Source of the DNA: Octopus bimaculoides
Taxonomy: Eukaryota
Direction of reading: 5' to 3'
Assembly: GCF_001194135.2 (NCBI RefSeq)
Contig: NC_068982.1
Coordinates: forward strand, 111,393,965-111,457,964
DNA length: 64,000 bases
Shown here: in pieces, positions 26,617-40,480 of the stretch
Layout: each line of letters opens with the position of its first letter
Position numbering within the stretch: the first letter of the stretch is position 1
Notes under the pieces: model-generated
Told to the model about the DNA's origin: nothing
The model's database searches: none
What the model saw: only the letters and a program-made list of their open reading frames with translations
Translations under genes and position numbers: made by a program

Positions 26617-28891
26617 CTAATAACAAAAAAGGGAAAAGAAACAACAATTTTAATATAAATATATAAAATATGAATTATAAAAATAAGAATGAATAAATGA
26701 ACATCATAAGCTTGAAACAAAGTACTCTTTTATCAAGCAAAGGCTTTTCATGTCAACTTTTTTGCACCAAATTATACATTTTCAAAGGTGTATCTCAATG
26801 CATTCTTCTTTTGTGCATGCATTCTTAAAGTGAGAGAGATTGTTCCAGAGATGGGAAAGCCTGTAAAGGTCATGGGCGGCAGCCACTTCTTTTCTGTACT
26901 TATATTGGTGTTCTCCCAAGATGAGTTATACCAACTCGAACCAGTCTATAGCATTGCCAACAAGAACTGACTAGGCATGTCAATCACAAATGTCTGATGC
27001 AGAAATCATTAACCAGTTTCAAATCCAAGGGACAATACCACATAATGCAAGGATCAAATATCAATTCAAAATTCAACTTAATCATACTAATCCAGTTTCA
27101 GCTGTTCCCCACAAATTTAGTAAGGGAGAAGTATAATCGATTATATCAAGACCAATACCTGCTGGAAGAAAGAAAGCAAAGTTGTAGCTGTTTAACCCCA
27201 GATAATCCATGATCCAGGAAACCTATGATCAAATACTTTAGAACTGTGAACTCTCATCTTTTCTTCAAGCATAATGTATCTAGAACCACATTATCTTATG
27301 TGTCCATCCTTTTTCAAGATGGTAGGGTGTTATTCAAAGGAAATTTGGCTGTTATTCCTAGCAGGAGGATCCCTTGTTAGTTTATTGGACTACATGGAGG
27401 ATTCTTTATTGGTTTATAAAAGCTAATCTCAACAGTATTTGACTATTTTTATCACTATCCCATTACACTTCTACCAGAATTCTCTTCATCAATCTCTTTA
27501 ACAACAACCAAAGCTGTCAATGTCTCTCTTCCATAACTCATTTCTCTACTACCCTCTCACTCCTATCACTGATTTCCCTGTCACACTCCTGATTATAATC
27601 TCCCTTCTTACATCTTCTTGCTCATCAGTCTCTCTTCTAGTCACATTCAGTCTTATTTGCTTTAAACAGAGACACAGATTAAAGAGGACTTTTCAATTTC
27701 ATAGGCAACCTCTTTACTACAGGTGCCACAATAAAATGTACCTATTATACTCTGTAAAGTGGTTAACAAACAAGTGGAGACAATGTAAGGCTGAGAGAAC
27801 CCTTTAGTCATACCAAAGACATGAGAACCCCTCTAATGCTAGTATCATGCTATAATGTACCCAATGCACCTTGTAAAGTAGTTAGTATTAGGAAAAGCAT
27901 CACAGAACCCATGCCAAATGTGAAACATAAAAGTGAGACAAGGTCCTCCAAATTGTGTGAAAGGGGCAGTAACTCCAAATAAGCATAGAGTCGCCTGTAA
28001 TAACCCAACCAAACAATGCAGGTATGGAAAGCAGATACAAAATGATGATGATCCAGTAATGGGGCATAACTAAGTATCACTAGGTATTTTGACTATCACT
28101 CTACCATAATAAAATAAACATTCTTCTCAGATATATTAGAATAAAACATTATACCTCTTTGTATCAATTTATAGTAGTATGGTAATTATATACAAATTTA
28201 GCTTGATAGAAACTCTGAGTAGGGAAGATAAAATACAGGGTACAGATAAAATAAGCAATTAAGTAACGCAACATTGTATTAGGAATATACAATTGGTCTC
28301 AGTTGGGCTAATTGTCATTCAGGATGTGTAGAGTAATGGCAGCTTCTAAATCAGTTGGTTAGAGATTTTAAAGTTTGATATCCCAATCTTGATCAACACA
28401 GGTAGTTAGTGTCACCAATGAAGATAGGGACCTTGCATATTGACACGATTTTTGCTTCTAAGTCAGCTCTCATTCAGCAGACTAATGATCAACAATGTTC
28501 CAGCCTTGAATATCCTGTTTTTTTTTGTTTGTTTGTTTGTTTTTTATATATATTTTTAACCACAGTCTATATTAATACAATAGTATATTCTTATCTACGT
28601 ACATTTTATGTAATACTAAGTGAAGTAACTCGAATAGAGAGAAAGAACAGAGAGAGGAAATGAGAGACAGCAATAAAGAGATAGATGAAGATAGTGAAGC
28701 AAGTGGAAATTTAAATAGAAAGACAGAGAAGGAATATTATCAAGACATAGCAAAGCTAGTGATTTTACTTCATCTTTAGCCATATTCTCTTTCTCTCCCC
28801 CTCTCTCTTCGTTTGTTTGAATTGTGTCTCAGTAAATAATTTTGCTACAAGAATGTCAAAAATGCTGAGATCATGTGTGTGTATATATCAG

Positions 28892-28931
<40 letters not shown>

Positions 28932-29027
28932 AATATAAATGTAAAGGCAAAGTGTGAATCAGGGTGTAACTAAAGACACAGTCATATCAAATATATCTGT
29001 AAATATCCTAAGGTGATTGTTGCCATT

Positions 29028-29945
29028 CATCATCAACCTCACCATTTAACGTCCGTAGTCCATGCTGGCATGGGTTGAAAGGTCTGACTGGGCTGACACA
29101 CTGGAAGGCTGCACCAGACTCTAGTTTGATTTGGCATGGTTTTCTATGGCTGGATACCCATCCTAATGCCAACCACTCTGAGAGTGTAATGGGTGCTTTT
29201 TATGTGCCACAGGCAAGGGTGTCATTTGCATGACACCAGGGTGTGTTTACGTGCCACTGGCATAGGCGGCAATTTGCATGACACCAGTATCTGCCATGAC
29301 TACGATTTTGCTTGGCTTGATGGGTCTTCTTCTCAAGCATGACATAATGCCAAAGGTCTTGGTCATTGCTTCTGTGAATCCCAACACTCGAAAGGAACTC
29401 AGTCACTTTGCCTCCATGCGGCCCAACACTCGAAAGGAACTCAGTCACTTTGCCTCCATGATGCCCAACACTCGAAAGGAACTCAGTCACTTTGCCTCCA
29501 TGAGGCCCAACACTCGAAAGGAACTCAGTCACTTTGCCTCCATGAGGCCCAACACTCGAAAGGAACTCAGTCACTTTGCCTCCATACGGCCCAACACTCG
29601 AAAGGAACTCAGCCACTTTGCCTTCGTGAGGCCCAATGTTCAAAAGATATTCTTTACATGCCACCAGCATGGGTGCACTTTGCTTGATGGATCCTCTCAA
29701 GCACAGCACATCGCCAAAGGTCTCAGTCACCAGTCATTGCCTCTGTGAGGCTCAAAGTTCGAAGATCATGCTTCACCACCTTGTCCCATGTTTTCCTGGG
29801 TCTACCTCTACTACAGGTTCCTTCCACAATTAGAGATCAGCACTTCTTTGCACAGCTGTCTTCGTCCATATGCATCACATGACCATACCAGTGCAGTAGT
29901 CTCTCTTGCACACCACATCTGATTTCTCTCATACCTATAATTGTA
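29028..29945 (-). mobile_element. 5'-truncated RTE-clade LINE (ORF2 C-terminus plus 3' UTR, GAT-repeat tail)
   Basis: Minus strand 29640-29945 reads LLHWYGHVMHMDEDSCAKKC*SLIVEGTCSRGRPRKTWDKVVKHDLRTL, the RTE ORF2 end. It is followed by the UTR shared with many copies in the window. Confidence 0.8.
29377..29636. repeat. 42-bp minisatellite, about 6 copies, inside the RTE 3' end
   Basis: Unit ggcccaacactcgaaaggaactcagtcactttgcctccatga. Explains the 14-aa repeats in ORFs 29200..29730 and 29278..29748. Confidence 0.95.
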
Positions 29946-30884
29946 TACATTTAGTCTTGTACTTGTTATTACATTGCGACTAAGCTGGGGCACTGCCTTC
30001 AATAGTTTAATTAAGCATACTAAGCCCAGCAATTATTTTCAGGTTTGGTACTCATTTTATCATTGTGTATTTGTTGAACCACTATGTTGTACATCAACAT
30101 TACTGCTTTTGAGTGGCAGAAACATAAACACACACACATTTTTACATACACACATATACACAATTGGATTCCATACTGTCCCATTCTAGAAAATTTCACT
30201 TTAAACATTAAGCAACTCAGTGCTATAGAGAAAAATTTTTGCTCAAAGTACAACACAGTGGAACTAAACCAACAACCCACACTGTTCTGAAATGAACTTT
30301 TTAACCATACACCCATGTCTTCACCCCTATTATTTTGGGGTTTTTTTTTTTTGAGAATTCACAGATCACTGTGGCAGCTACTATAATTCATTCAATAAGA
30401 CTGGAGGTTTAAGTCTAGCCACATGAAATTTCCTCTAACATGAAAATAATGATGTATTATAGTATATTAAGTTTTGTTCAAGAGTAATATATAGAGAGAA
30501 TTATTCTCTCTTTGATTTCATTCCACAGTTAACATAGTTTACTTCTTGATGTAAAGTGAAAATGGATAACACTTCTCAAAGTAGAGGAGAACAAGTGTAT
30601 GACAAGGGCTATAGCTTTCAGGGATGTTGTCTCCCAAGACCACACATTCGATAATATCTAAGTGGAGATTTACACCATTTGAAGAATCAAATGTTACAAA
30701 CAAAATACAATTTCATAAAAAATTATATATTTAAGTTGATACAATTCAGAATGGAATTTTTTGCTAAAAACTATGAATGAAAGGAGTAAAAAAAAATAAA
30801 GAAATAAACAATGTATAGATAATTTGCATTTCAATTTGATCCTGGTCAATAAACTAAAATTAAATTAAATAGGGAATAATTTAC

Positions 30885-31020
30885 CTTAACAAGTTCAAAT
30901 GGAAACCGCTCATGGAAAATTCGGTTAATTTTGGCTCCTCCTGATAACTCTATGACATTAATTTCGGAGCCAGTTCCTTCTATATTTTTATCAAAATCCA
31001 CTGAAAATTGCTGTACCATT
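30885..31020 (-). CDS. DNM1: Dynamin exon 8 (middle domain): [46 protein letters not shown]
   Basis: 136 nt, tatag|A...GTTAAG|gtaaat. Confidence 0.96.
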
Positions 31021-31120
31021 CTATAATATAAAACATATAAAGATAAAACGTTGTGCTGAATAAGAAAGTAGAAATAAATTTTTCTTTAATTCTCTAATGG
31101 CAAGAAATCTATATACTAAC

Positions 31121-31315
31121 GTGAGCATAGCCTTGGTTTTCCGCCCAGGATCATCTGGGCGGAAATTTCTATATTCTTCGACTTCTTTCTCCATCGAAAG
31201 TAACTGAGACTGTAGCTTGTTGCGAAGAGCAGGTAAAGTGTCTCTTATATGATTAGTCAACTGTTGGTTAAGGACACGCTGAAGATAAGGAGTTCCCATT
31301 CTATCAGCCATATGC
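31121..31315 (-). CDS. DNM1: Dynamin exon 7: [65 protein letters not shown](T)
   Basis: 195 nt, ttttaaaag|G...CTCAC|gttagt. Lies within ORF 31021..31338. Confidence 0.96.
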
Positions 31316-31522
31316 CTTTTAAAAGAGAGATAAAACATTAAAATTAAAGTAATATACTAAGAACACATCAATATCAGTATAGCAATTTAGAAATAATAAC
31401 AGTAAATAAGAGGACAATGATTATCCAAATGATTAAACTATGCAATAAATAATAAGAGAAAATAGAGAAAAAGTTTTAAAACAAAAATGTAATAGAAGCA
31501 TGCGATAGTAATCAGATATCTA

Positions 31523-31657
<135 letters not shown>

Positions 31658-31680
31658 TTATCAATTTTAATATAGACACA

Positions 31681-32010
31681 TCATCATCAACATCATCATC
31701 ATCGTTCAACGTCCACTTTCCATGCTGGCATGGCATGGGTTGGACGGTTTGACCGAGGACTGGCGAGCCAGAAGGCTGCACCAGGCTCCAATCTGATCTG
31801 GCAGAGTTTCTACAGCTGGATGCCTTTCCTAACGCCAACCACTCCAAGAGTGTAGTGGGTGCTTTTACGTGCCACTGGCACGAGGGCCAGTCAGGCAGTA
31901 CTGGCAACGGCCACGCTCAAATGGTGTTTTTTACATGCTACCTGCACAGGAGCCAGTCCAGCGGCACTGGCAACGACCTCACTCGAATGTTGTTTTTCAT
32001 GTCAGGCTCA
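31681..32010 (-). mobile_element. RTE 3' UTR copy
   Basis: (cat)n-cgttcaacgtccactttccatgctggcatg...ggatgcctttcctaacgccaaccactcc consensus. Confidence 0.8.
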
Positions 32011-32587
32011 GATGGTGTGCTTAGTGCTCCACATGTTGTGTATAAAGCAGAAATCCTTTACACTTACTAAGGTAAAATAGTCTCTATTTTTTAATTTTAT
32101 ATTGTAACTGGTGAACAACAACAGTTTTGGTCATATGCTTAAAACAGGCCACTCTGCATTTCTAGTAGCAAGAGTGACAAGGGAGTGCTTGTAACTCAAG
32201 GGATTTCAGTCATAAAGCACTGAGCTTTTAGTTGATATACTCAGCAAAAGATATGCATATGCACAAGCAAGCATTATATGCGGGCATACACACACACACA
32301 CACAAATATATAACAGGTATTTTCAGGGCTTCAATCTCACAACTTCCACTTACAAAGTACAGGTGAAGACAAGACTTTAGTAGAAGACATTTGCTCAATT
32401 TGTCCCATAGTGGGATTGAACCACAAAAATCACACAGTTATGAAGTGAACTTCTTAACTGCATAGCCATGCCTGTGCCAATTTACATCATTTTATATCAT
32501 TATTATGCCAGAAAAACTCCATACCAGTTCAATCATAATAAATCTAAATTATGGAGAGAGAGAGAAAACTCATTTAAAGGAACAAAC

Positions 32588-32686
32588 CTCGACGAAGTGG
32601 TAATGTACGGTTTTCAAGTATGTCACGAGCATCAGTGCCTTCATCCATCAAATCTAATTTGGTAATCACTCCAATAGTTCGAACCC
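32588..32686 (-). CDS. DNM1: Dynamin exon 5 (G4 TKLD): [33 protein letters not shown](G)
   Basis: 99 nt, polypyrimidine tract then cag|GG...CGAG|gtttgt. Confidence 0.97.
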
Positions 32687-33229
32687 CTGAAAAGGGAAAA
32701 AAAAAAAAAAACGATTAAACTGAGAAAAAGCTCAAACACTTATTGTTGGTGCTGTTATCTTTCACTGTGTTTCTTTACATTCCACTTTTGATTATATAAT
32801 AACTCCAGGGCAGTAGCCAATAAATTTTTTCTACCAAGGCAAAATGACTGTTGAAACAATGAAATTTTACCTACACACACACACATATGCATGTACATTT
32901 TGCAATGTGATAGTTTATCAATTAGAGCAATTGTTTTTACAATTAAATACCCGTCTGAAGTAGGAATGGAACCTATTTTATGATCAACAAAGCAAATTAA
33001 AGCAAGCAGAGGTATGAGTTATATATTTTGCGCAGGAGCTACAGCACAATGGCTATAATAGTCAGAAGTACAACACTTTCATCTCACAGCTGCAGATCTG
33101 GATATTTAAATACTGTTAAAACAATTATTTTTACAACTGACTGACTGTCCTATTAGTAGCTACTCATTTATGATGCTGAAACATGTATCAGATAGGGATT
33201 CCTAATGCTGTACATCCCAGCCATCAGGA

Positions 33230-33720
33230 GGATTTCAGTATGAGGAACCCTGTCCTTCCACATGAGACTGGAAAATACTTTGGAGAAATCAGATATGAGA
33301 TAATTTCAGTTGTTTGATCTGGTGCCAATCTGGTGGATACATGGACAGCTCAATAAACAGAGATTTTTATACTTGCTGTAAGGTTCTTGTTCTGAAAAAC
33401 TTGTTCACTGAGTTTCCTAAAAGATGCAGAGGCCAAGTTGTTCTGATGGAGTATCTCCATTGGGTTGGCTATGTGATTCAAATGCCAGGTAACTAGCTCC
33501 TAAAGATAGTCCCCTTCAGCAAGATTGAGATTAGAAGTAGGCCTCATGGATGTCCAAAACTTCATTTTCATGATAATCTTAAGCAGTCTCTCATTTTATG
33601 TGGTGTTCCTCCCAATCCGTTGGCTGAAAATTGGAAGGCATGGAGGTCCATGTGTAATACTAGAGTAGAGTGCTTTGAAACTGAACACAGGAAACTGCAT
33701 GAAGAGAGGAGGAGACATTG
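33230..33720 (+). mobile_element. Old RTE (BovB-like) LINE ORF2 3' end remnant
   Basis: LHWVGYVIQMPGN*LLKIVPFSKIEIRSRPHGCPKLHFHDNLKQSLILCGVPPNPLAENWKAWRSMC resembles the LRWAGHVxRM...GxPxKRFKDxLKxSL...WR consensus. Confidence 0.65.
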
Positions 33721-34316
33721 TCATAAACCCCTTGTGGCTGTTGTTCAGAGTCAATGAAAGTGAGTCTAAACTAATTCTATCTCTCTAAAGACTATTTACT
33801 ACATTAGCTCTAGTGATCTTCATCAGAAATAATCTTAATATTCTGAATGAACATTCAGTGCATTTACAGTCTTTAATTAAAAAAAAAAATTTAAAAAAGG
33901 TTAGTTACATGAAGGGTGTCTGGCTGTAAAATACTGTTACAAAATAGTCCCAACCAATTCATGCCAGCATAGAAAAGCAGAAGTAAAACTAATGATAATG
34001 TTAATGATGAATACATGACTGAGGGGTGCTAAAGAATAAAAGGTGATGTTTTACCTTTTTTTTTTTTTTAAACCATTGAGAAACCACAACTTAGTAACTA
34101 CAGGAAGCCNNNNNNNNNNAGCCAAAACCCTTTTACAATGTTGCAAAAGAGAAATGTTAGGCTTTAATTACCATCCAAAACCTGCTAATTAATTAATACT
34201 TTCATGAAAGTAGAAATATTTTAATAAAATATCAACATATTCTTAAAATTTTGGATGCCAATTCTTAAACCTGCCAATTCTTAAACTTGTATCAACATTG
34301 ATAGGATAAAACTTAC

Positions 34317-34520
34317 CTTGTAGATCTACTTCTTTAGCAATTTTGAGAGCATCAGAATTTGCAAGATCTGAGTTGGCTGGTGATACCGCAAGAATGAGAC
34401 AATTTTCTTTTTGTATAAATTCTAAGAGCATACTTCTAATTTGTTGTTCAATATCAGCGGGCTGGTCCCCAACAGCCACTTTAGTCATACCAGGTAAATC
34501 AATCAAGGTCAGATTGAGAA
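34317..34520 (-). CDS. DNM1: Dynamin exon 4 (G3 DLPG): [68 protein letters not shown](G)
   Basis: 204 nt, ttcag|TT...CAAG|gtaagt. Lies within ORF 34243..34815. Confidence 0.97.
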
Positions 34521-35097
34521 CTGAAATTATAAAAATCATAAACCAAATATGAATAGAATTAAAAAATGGGCAGAAAGTAGAAGAAATGAACAGGAGCAAG
34601 GGATAAGAGATACACAGGATGCAGAAATAGGTAAAAAAAAAAAAAATATAGAAATAAAATATAGTACAACTGAATAAACTTAAATATTTAAAGACATTAG
34701 AATTAATATGAACTAATACCACTATTAATTCAGTTACATTAAGGATCTTAAAATTACAGAAAATTAAAATGTTTAAGAACAATGGTAAAAAGAACAACAA
34801 AAATGAACATGACAAGCTACCAAGAGTTTCTTATATAAATTTCATATTATAGAAACGTTAATTTTACTATATACTTCATTATTTGAAATTTAGGACTAAT
34901 CTCTTACATAACCTAGTATTCCAATGTAAGTGACCACATTTGAGTTTCAGAGATGGTCAGTAAATGGTCAAGGCAGCAATACCGTCTGGATCTAACATCT
35001 AAGTCTGGATCTAAGATCTGGTCATGTTATATATGTGGTGTTACCATAAAAATGCTTGATATTATGAAGTCTAGCATTTATAACTATTTTGTAAGTA

Positions 35098-35785
35098 CAA
35101 TCGAGAATCCCTTATCCAAAATTCCTGGAACTAAAAGTGCTGTGGATTTTGGAATATTTTTATTTTTGCATCTATAAAATGGCACAGATTGCGGATAGGA
35201 CCCAAATCCAAACCCATTTGCATGTCATAATATAGCATATACACATGCATTACATGTAGTTTATATAAATTTTTGATAATTTTTTTTATACATAATACAA
35301 TTAGAAAGGTAAGATATCAGACTCTACCTACATTGTCATGATTTGATTAAAAGGTTACAATACACATAAACTGGTAGTATTTTATTTTTTACTATACATG
35401 TATTACATACAAAAAAGCATTGAACATGATTAAAGGTTAATAAAATAAAAACTGAAACAAGTCAGCATTTATTTTTTTTTAATAATATACAAATAATGAT
35501 ACTAGTCATGTTACACCTATACATTGAGGTGAAATTCAGATCTATGTAAAAAAAAGTTTTGTGCTTACTGTACAGAAAAACAAAATATGATGATCAATGC
35601 TTACAAATTTGAAGCTAAATGCAGCCCAACACATTTCAACTATATCAGGTTCGAGGAATTTGAAAAAGAGGGTACATGTCATAAGAGCACACAACAGCTG
35701 TACTTGATCATATCAGCAGTCAAAAAAACTTTTAGATTTTAGAGGTTTTCAGATTTTGGAATTTCAGATAAAGGGTTTTCAACTA
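35098..35785. mobile_element. pogo/Tigger-like non-autonomous element (MITE)
   Basis: Imperfect TIRs TA|caatcgagaatcccttatccaaaattcc and ggaatttcagataaagggttttcaacta|TA, flanked by TA. Confidence 0.65.
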
Positions 35786-36725
35786 TATTAATTGTGTGTA
35801 TGAATTTTAATGCATAGGGAAGACACATACGAAATTGTTCTGTTGATATGTGTAGCAATTATGTTTTAGTGCTGCTGAAAGAAGACTAAGCAGCCATGAT
35901 TTCATTGAAGGATGCTTTTAAAGTCTCTATAAATGGAAACAGTGTAAGTCTAGCATGAGATGTCCCAGTTATATGTTATGGAAGCTTAAGGAGAAAAGAT
36001 GGCTGATATCAACATCATAGGAATATGTTATGTAGGTTTTTAACATGCAGAAGGCAGAATATAGGAGACACAACCAAAGCATATTGTACACCAAAGTTGA
36101 TAAATGAGAGACTGATAGGGCCTGTAGGTGAGCAATTTAGCCTGGACATTCTCATGCTAGACATCAGTCAATGGATATTCTGATGCAAAGGGCAACAACC
36201 ATATGTTTGAGAAAGTTCTTGAGAGTTATCATGCACTACAGAAACTGCACTAGGTACTCAAAGAAAAGGAAGGGAGTTAATGTAATAAAGGCACAGTCTT
36301 AATCATTTTACAGATGTTAGAAATAAAGGCAATAGGTCGTGATTGGCACAGTCAGAGAAGTTGTCCTCTGTGTAAAGATCATGTATGAGTTGAGACAGAT
36401 CCCTGTAGGGAGCAAGATAGCAGAATTTGCCAAAACCAGAAGCTTATTATGGAGTACATCATTTGAAGGTAACTGAATAGAGATGGTCAGGAACCAGTTG
36501 CCTTGTTGAACTAGAGTGATTGTACAATTGGTGAGTTACATAGAGTAGAAAAGTATTATGTGTGTATGCGTGAGTGTAATTGAAAGCAATGCAAGTAGCA
36601 AGCAGAGTGGCTTTATCAGCAGAATCATTACAGATTTATTTATGTTGAGTAGTAGGTAGAAGGATTCTGGAAAAGTTAAGAGACATTATTAGTAACAGAT
36701 CAGAAAGACTGGTTGCAGTTTAGAA

Positions 36726-36885
36726 CAGTGCTCCAGTGCCATGAGACAATGCTAGGTGTGCTGCAGTGTAACCTGAATATAACTTCTTCCCTTATACTTT
36801 TAGTTATATTTTTAGTTCAGGTGTGCTACTGAATTTTGAAAAGAATATAAGTGTACTGCAAGTGAAAAAAGGTTGCAGAGCACTG
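36726..36885. mobile_element. Short hAT (Charlie-like) MITE
   Basis: CAGTG...CACTG ends, with the 3' end aagtgaaaaaaggttgcagagcactg. Flanks gtttagaa/gcttacga match 5 of 8, consistent with a decayed 8-bp TSD. Confidence 0.5.
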
Positions 36886-37638
36886 GCTTACGAGACAAGG
36901 GACCTGGATGTTTGGCTGCAGTTTGGAAGGCAAAACAATTTGGTTCCCTTTACTTTCTTAATAGTTATCGTGAAGTGGTAATTATCTAGTCATTGGTATT
37001 GCATGCCTTCTAGCTGCATATAAACTACCTGGGGTGCGGAGGTATAAAACTAAGGATATGGCTTTAGTCTGTTGCTTAGCAATCTCAGAGATGAAGCATT
37101 TTTGCTGCTAAAGCAACAGAACTACAATGAGTGAGCTGAAATCAGTACCAGATGGAATGTGAGCAGGAGTGTGTTGTTCAGAAGGAACAGATGAAGTACT
37201 TGACTTTTTATTAGGAGTGGTCAGATAATCTGTGTGATGGATAAAGGCTTGGTTTAGAGGAGAGCAAAAAGTCAAGAATGTTTAAAGAATTAGTGCACTG
37301 ATCAAAAATGAGTGGATGATGATACTAGGCTATGCAGACATTTCACAACAATAAACAAGTTGACCTCTTTTATCACTGAAGTCAATGTACATTGACAACA
37401 TGAAGGATGTGAGAGGTAGGATGAGATGTTCTAATGGCAAGATGATAGAGGGTCAAATAACATATGGTAGTTGGAGAGGTTTGAAGTGTATTGAGATACA
37501 TGAATTTACAAGAAAAGGATCAGAAGATTTTGAGTAATATATGTCAAACTTTAATCCCATTAACATCTGACCTCAGCACAAAGTACAACGTAGGTTACAA
37601 CTTTAAATTAAATTTGATTTATATTGATGTCTACTTAC

Positions 37639-37788
37639 CATGTGGGGAAAATACTCTAAGATTAATTGGGATATTACTAATTCCTTTGTTGCTGCCAGTA
37701 GCACGATCAGTTTCATCTTCAATTTCCTTGCGAACCAGGTCAAAATCAGTGAATTTTTTTCCTTTACAATGAACAAACTCAGCATATT
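37639..37788 (-). CDS. DNM1: Dynamin exon 3: [50 protein letters not shown](V)
   Basis: 150 nt, ttcag|AA...CATG|gtaagt. In phase with exon 2; overlaps ORF 37603..37785. Confidence 0.97.
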
Positions 37789-39451
37789 CTGAAATAAATT
37801 TCAAATGCAAAATAATTTCTAATTTTCACGAAAGTAAAAATATTTTAATAAAATACCAGCATGACCGCAGCCACTTGGCTGAAACACATAAATAAATAAA
37901 TATATTCATGATTTCCCTCTGAAATGAATATATTTTGATCATAACAATGATGATGACCAAGATATATTCATTTTGGGCGTAGAATCATCAGGACGTAATA
38001 TAAAATGGAGAAATGAACGAGATATTATCATTACTTCTGCATGATTAGCTCTTTTGTGACCATATTTCTAAAGCATATAAGTTTTCAATTAATCTTGAAC
38101 ATAATCAAAAATTTGGTTGAATTTAATAAATTAACATTTTCAGAATGTTTTAATATAATTGTAACCAGCTGAGAGGTTTTATTAAAGAGAATGGGAAGTT
38201 GTTTCAAGAAGATTGATATGAGATGGGTTAATCAGTTCTGACCAGCTATACATGTATCATGTGAATGAAGTGAAGACTTCATAAATTGAATCCCCTCACT
38301 ACAAAATGCAGAATTTTAATTTATCAAATAAGGATAGGTCTTCTTTTTTTCAAAATTATACATCTTTTTAATGCCTATTTTTATCAAACAAGAATTTCTC
38401 CAGGCACATCTATCTCTTGTACTGGTGACATGTTAAAGGCACCCACTACACTCTAGGAGTGGTTGGCATTAGGAAGGGCATCCAGCCATAGAGATCATAC
38501 CAATGGAATGTGGTGCAGCTCTCTGGCTTACCAGTTCCAGCCAAACCACTTAACTCATGCCAGCATGGAAAGTGGACGCTAAATGATGATACAACAGGAT
38601 TTAATCATCCTTCCACATTACAGTACTTTCTGTACAATTTGTCAAAACTAATGAGTCATCGGTCACATACATCAACCAAAGACCTTAAACATTAATGAGT
38701 TAGTAAAATTAGTCATTTTATAAACTGTGTTGCATTAAAACTGTATTTTAGTCTATCCAATGATATAATAAATTATACTCTAGGAATTTTGGTAGACTTT
38801 AGTTTTCATTGAGTATTTTTCACTGCCAAAGAAACAGAACATCACTGTTTGTTTTATTTGGGGAGGTGGAGTCAGACTGAAAATTTACTTTGTCATTTTA
38901 AATAAATTTTTTAAAATGCTTCTAAAACTGCTGCCATTTATTTTGTTCTGTAATTTATTCCAGCTCTAGAAATAATTAATTCCTCTAGCTAACAAAACTT
39001 ATTACTTTTATGCGAACCATTACAATAGATGTACTTAAATTGTTAATTCCTCATTAACCTACTTTTAAATCCAACAATACTTTTTGAACTAAGCATGGTT
39101 ACACTGTCAGTATGCAAATACCTTATAAGCTCTGGTGGGGCTTTTCAAAACCAAGGCTTAGCTCTGATTTTGCAGTCTTAAGCAGATGAGAGATAAATTA
39201 CCTCTGGTATAGGATACTAGTCTGTTGTATGTAACATTTTCATATGATCTGGTACCCATTTCTAACTGCTAGGTGGACTATGATAACAAAGGTTTCTGTT
39301 CAGAAACATACTTGTAGTGATTTTGAAACGTTGATCTACAAGCCAAACAGCTGAATAGAAAAGTTATTATATAATCTTACCATTACTATCACCTCTATAG
39401 TTTGAACTAGGTAGCCAAGTAAGATATTATTCTTATTGTTACTGCTACCTC

Positions 39452-39968
39452 ATCATCATCATCATTTAACGTCCGCTTTCCATGCTAGCATGGGTTGGAC
39501 GATTTGACTGAGGACTGGTGAAACCAGATGGCTACACCAGGCTGCAATCTGATTTGGCCCTTCCTAACGCCAACCAGTCAGAGAGTGTAGTGGGTGCTTT
39601 TATGTGCCACCGGCACAAAGGCCAATCAGGCGGTACTGATCACCATCGTTTAACGTCCGCTTTCCATGGGTTGGACGATTTGACTGAGGACTGGCATACC
39701 CGATGGCTGCACCAGGTTCCAATCTGATCTGGCAGAGTTTCTACAGCTGGATGCCCTTCCTAATGCCAACCACTCCAAGAGTGTAGTGAGTGCTTTTACG
39801 TGCCACCGGCACGAGGGCCAGTCTGGCGGTACTGGCAACGGCCACGCTCAAATTATGTTTTTACATGCCACCTGCACAGGAACCAGTCCAACGGCACTGA
39901 CAACGCCCTCGCTCAAATGTTGTTTTTCACATGCCACCAGCAAAAGTACCAGTAAGGCGACACTGGTA
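39452..39968 (-). mobile_element. Two adjacent or nested RTE 3' UTR copies running into an assembly gap
   Basis: The consensus starts twice (about 39452 and about 39640) and ends at the N-gap at 39969. Confidence 0.8.
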
Positions 39969-40441
39969 NNNNNNNNNNNNNNNNNNNNNNNNNNNNNNNN
40001 NNNNNNNNNNNNNNNNNNNNNNNNNNNNNNNNNNNNNNNNNNNNNNNNNNNNNNNNNNNNNNNNNNNNNNNNNNNNNNNNNNNNNNNNNNNNNNNNNNNN
40101 NNNNNNNNNNNNNNNNNNNNNNNNNNNNNNNNNNNNNNNNNNNNNNNNNNNNNNNNNNNNNNNNNNNNNNNNNNNNNNNNNNNNNNNNNNNNNNNNNNNN
40201 NNNNNNNNNNNNNNNNNNNNNNNNNNNNNNNNNNNNNNNNNNNNNNNNNNNNNNNNNNNNNNNNNNNNNNNNNNNNNNNNNNNNNNNNNNNNNNNNNNNN
40301 NNNNNNNNNNNNNNNNNNNNNNNNNNNNNNNNNNNNNNNNNNNNNNNNNNNNNNNNNNNNNNNNNNNNNNNNNNNNNNNNNNNNNNNNNNNNNNNNNNNN
40401 NNNNNNNNNNNNNNNNNNNNNNNNNNNNNNNNNNNNNNNNN
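39969..40441. other. Assembly gap (473 N); other gaps at 3254-3393, 14470-14503 and 34110-34119
   Basis: N runs. Confidence 1.

Positions 40442-40480
<39 letters not shown>

Noticed and set aside
29200-29748. 176-aa and 156-aa ORFs with 14-aa repeats; CRISPR-like regularity
   Set aside because: These come from a 42-bp tandem array in an RTE 3' end. There are no unique spacers and the context is eukaryotic.
34243-34815. 190-aa ORF taken as a whole gene
   Set aside because: Only 34317-34520 is exon; the rest is T-rich intron read-through.
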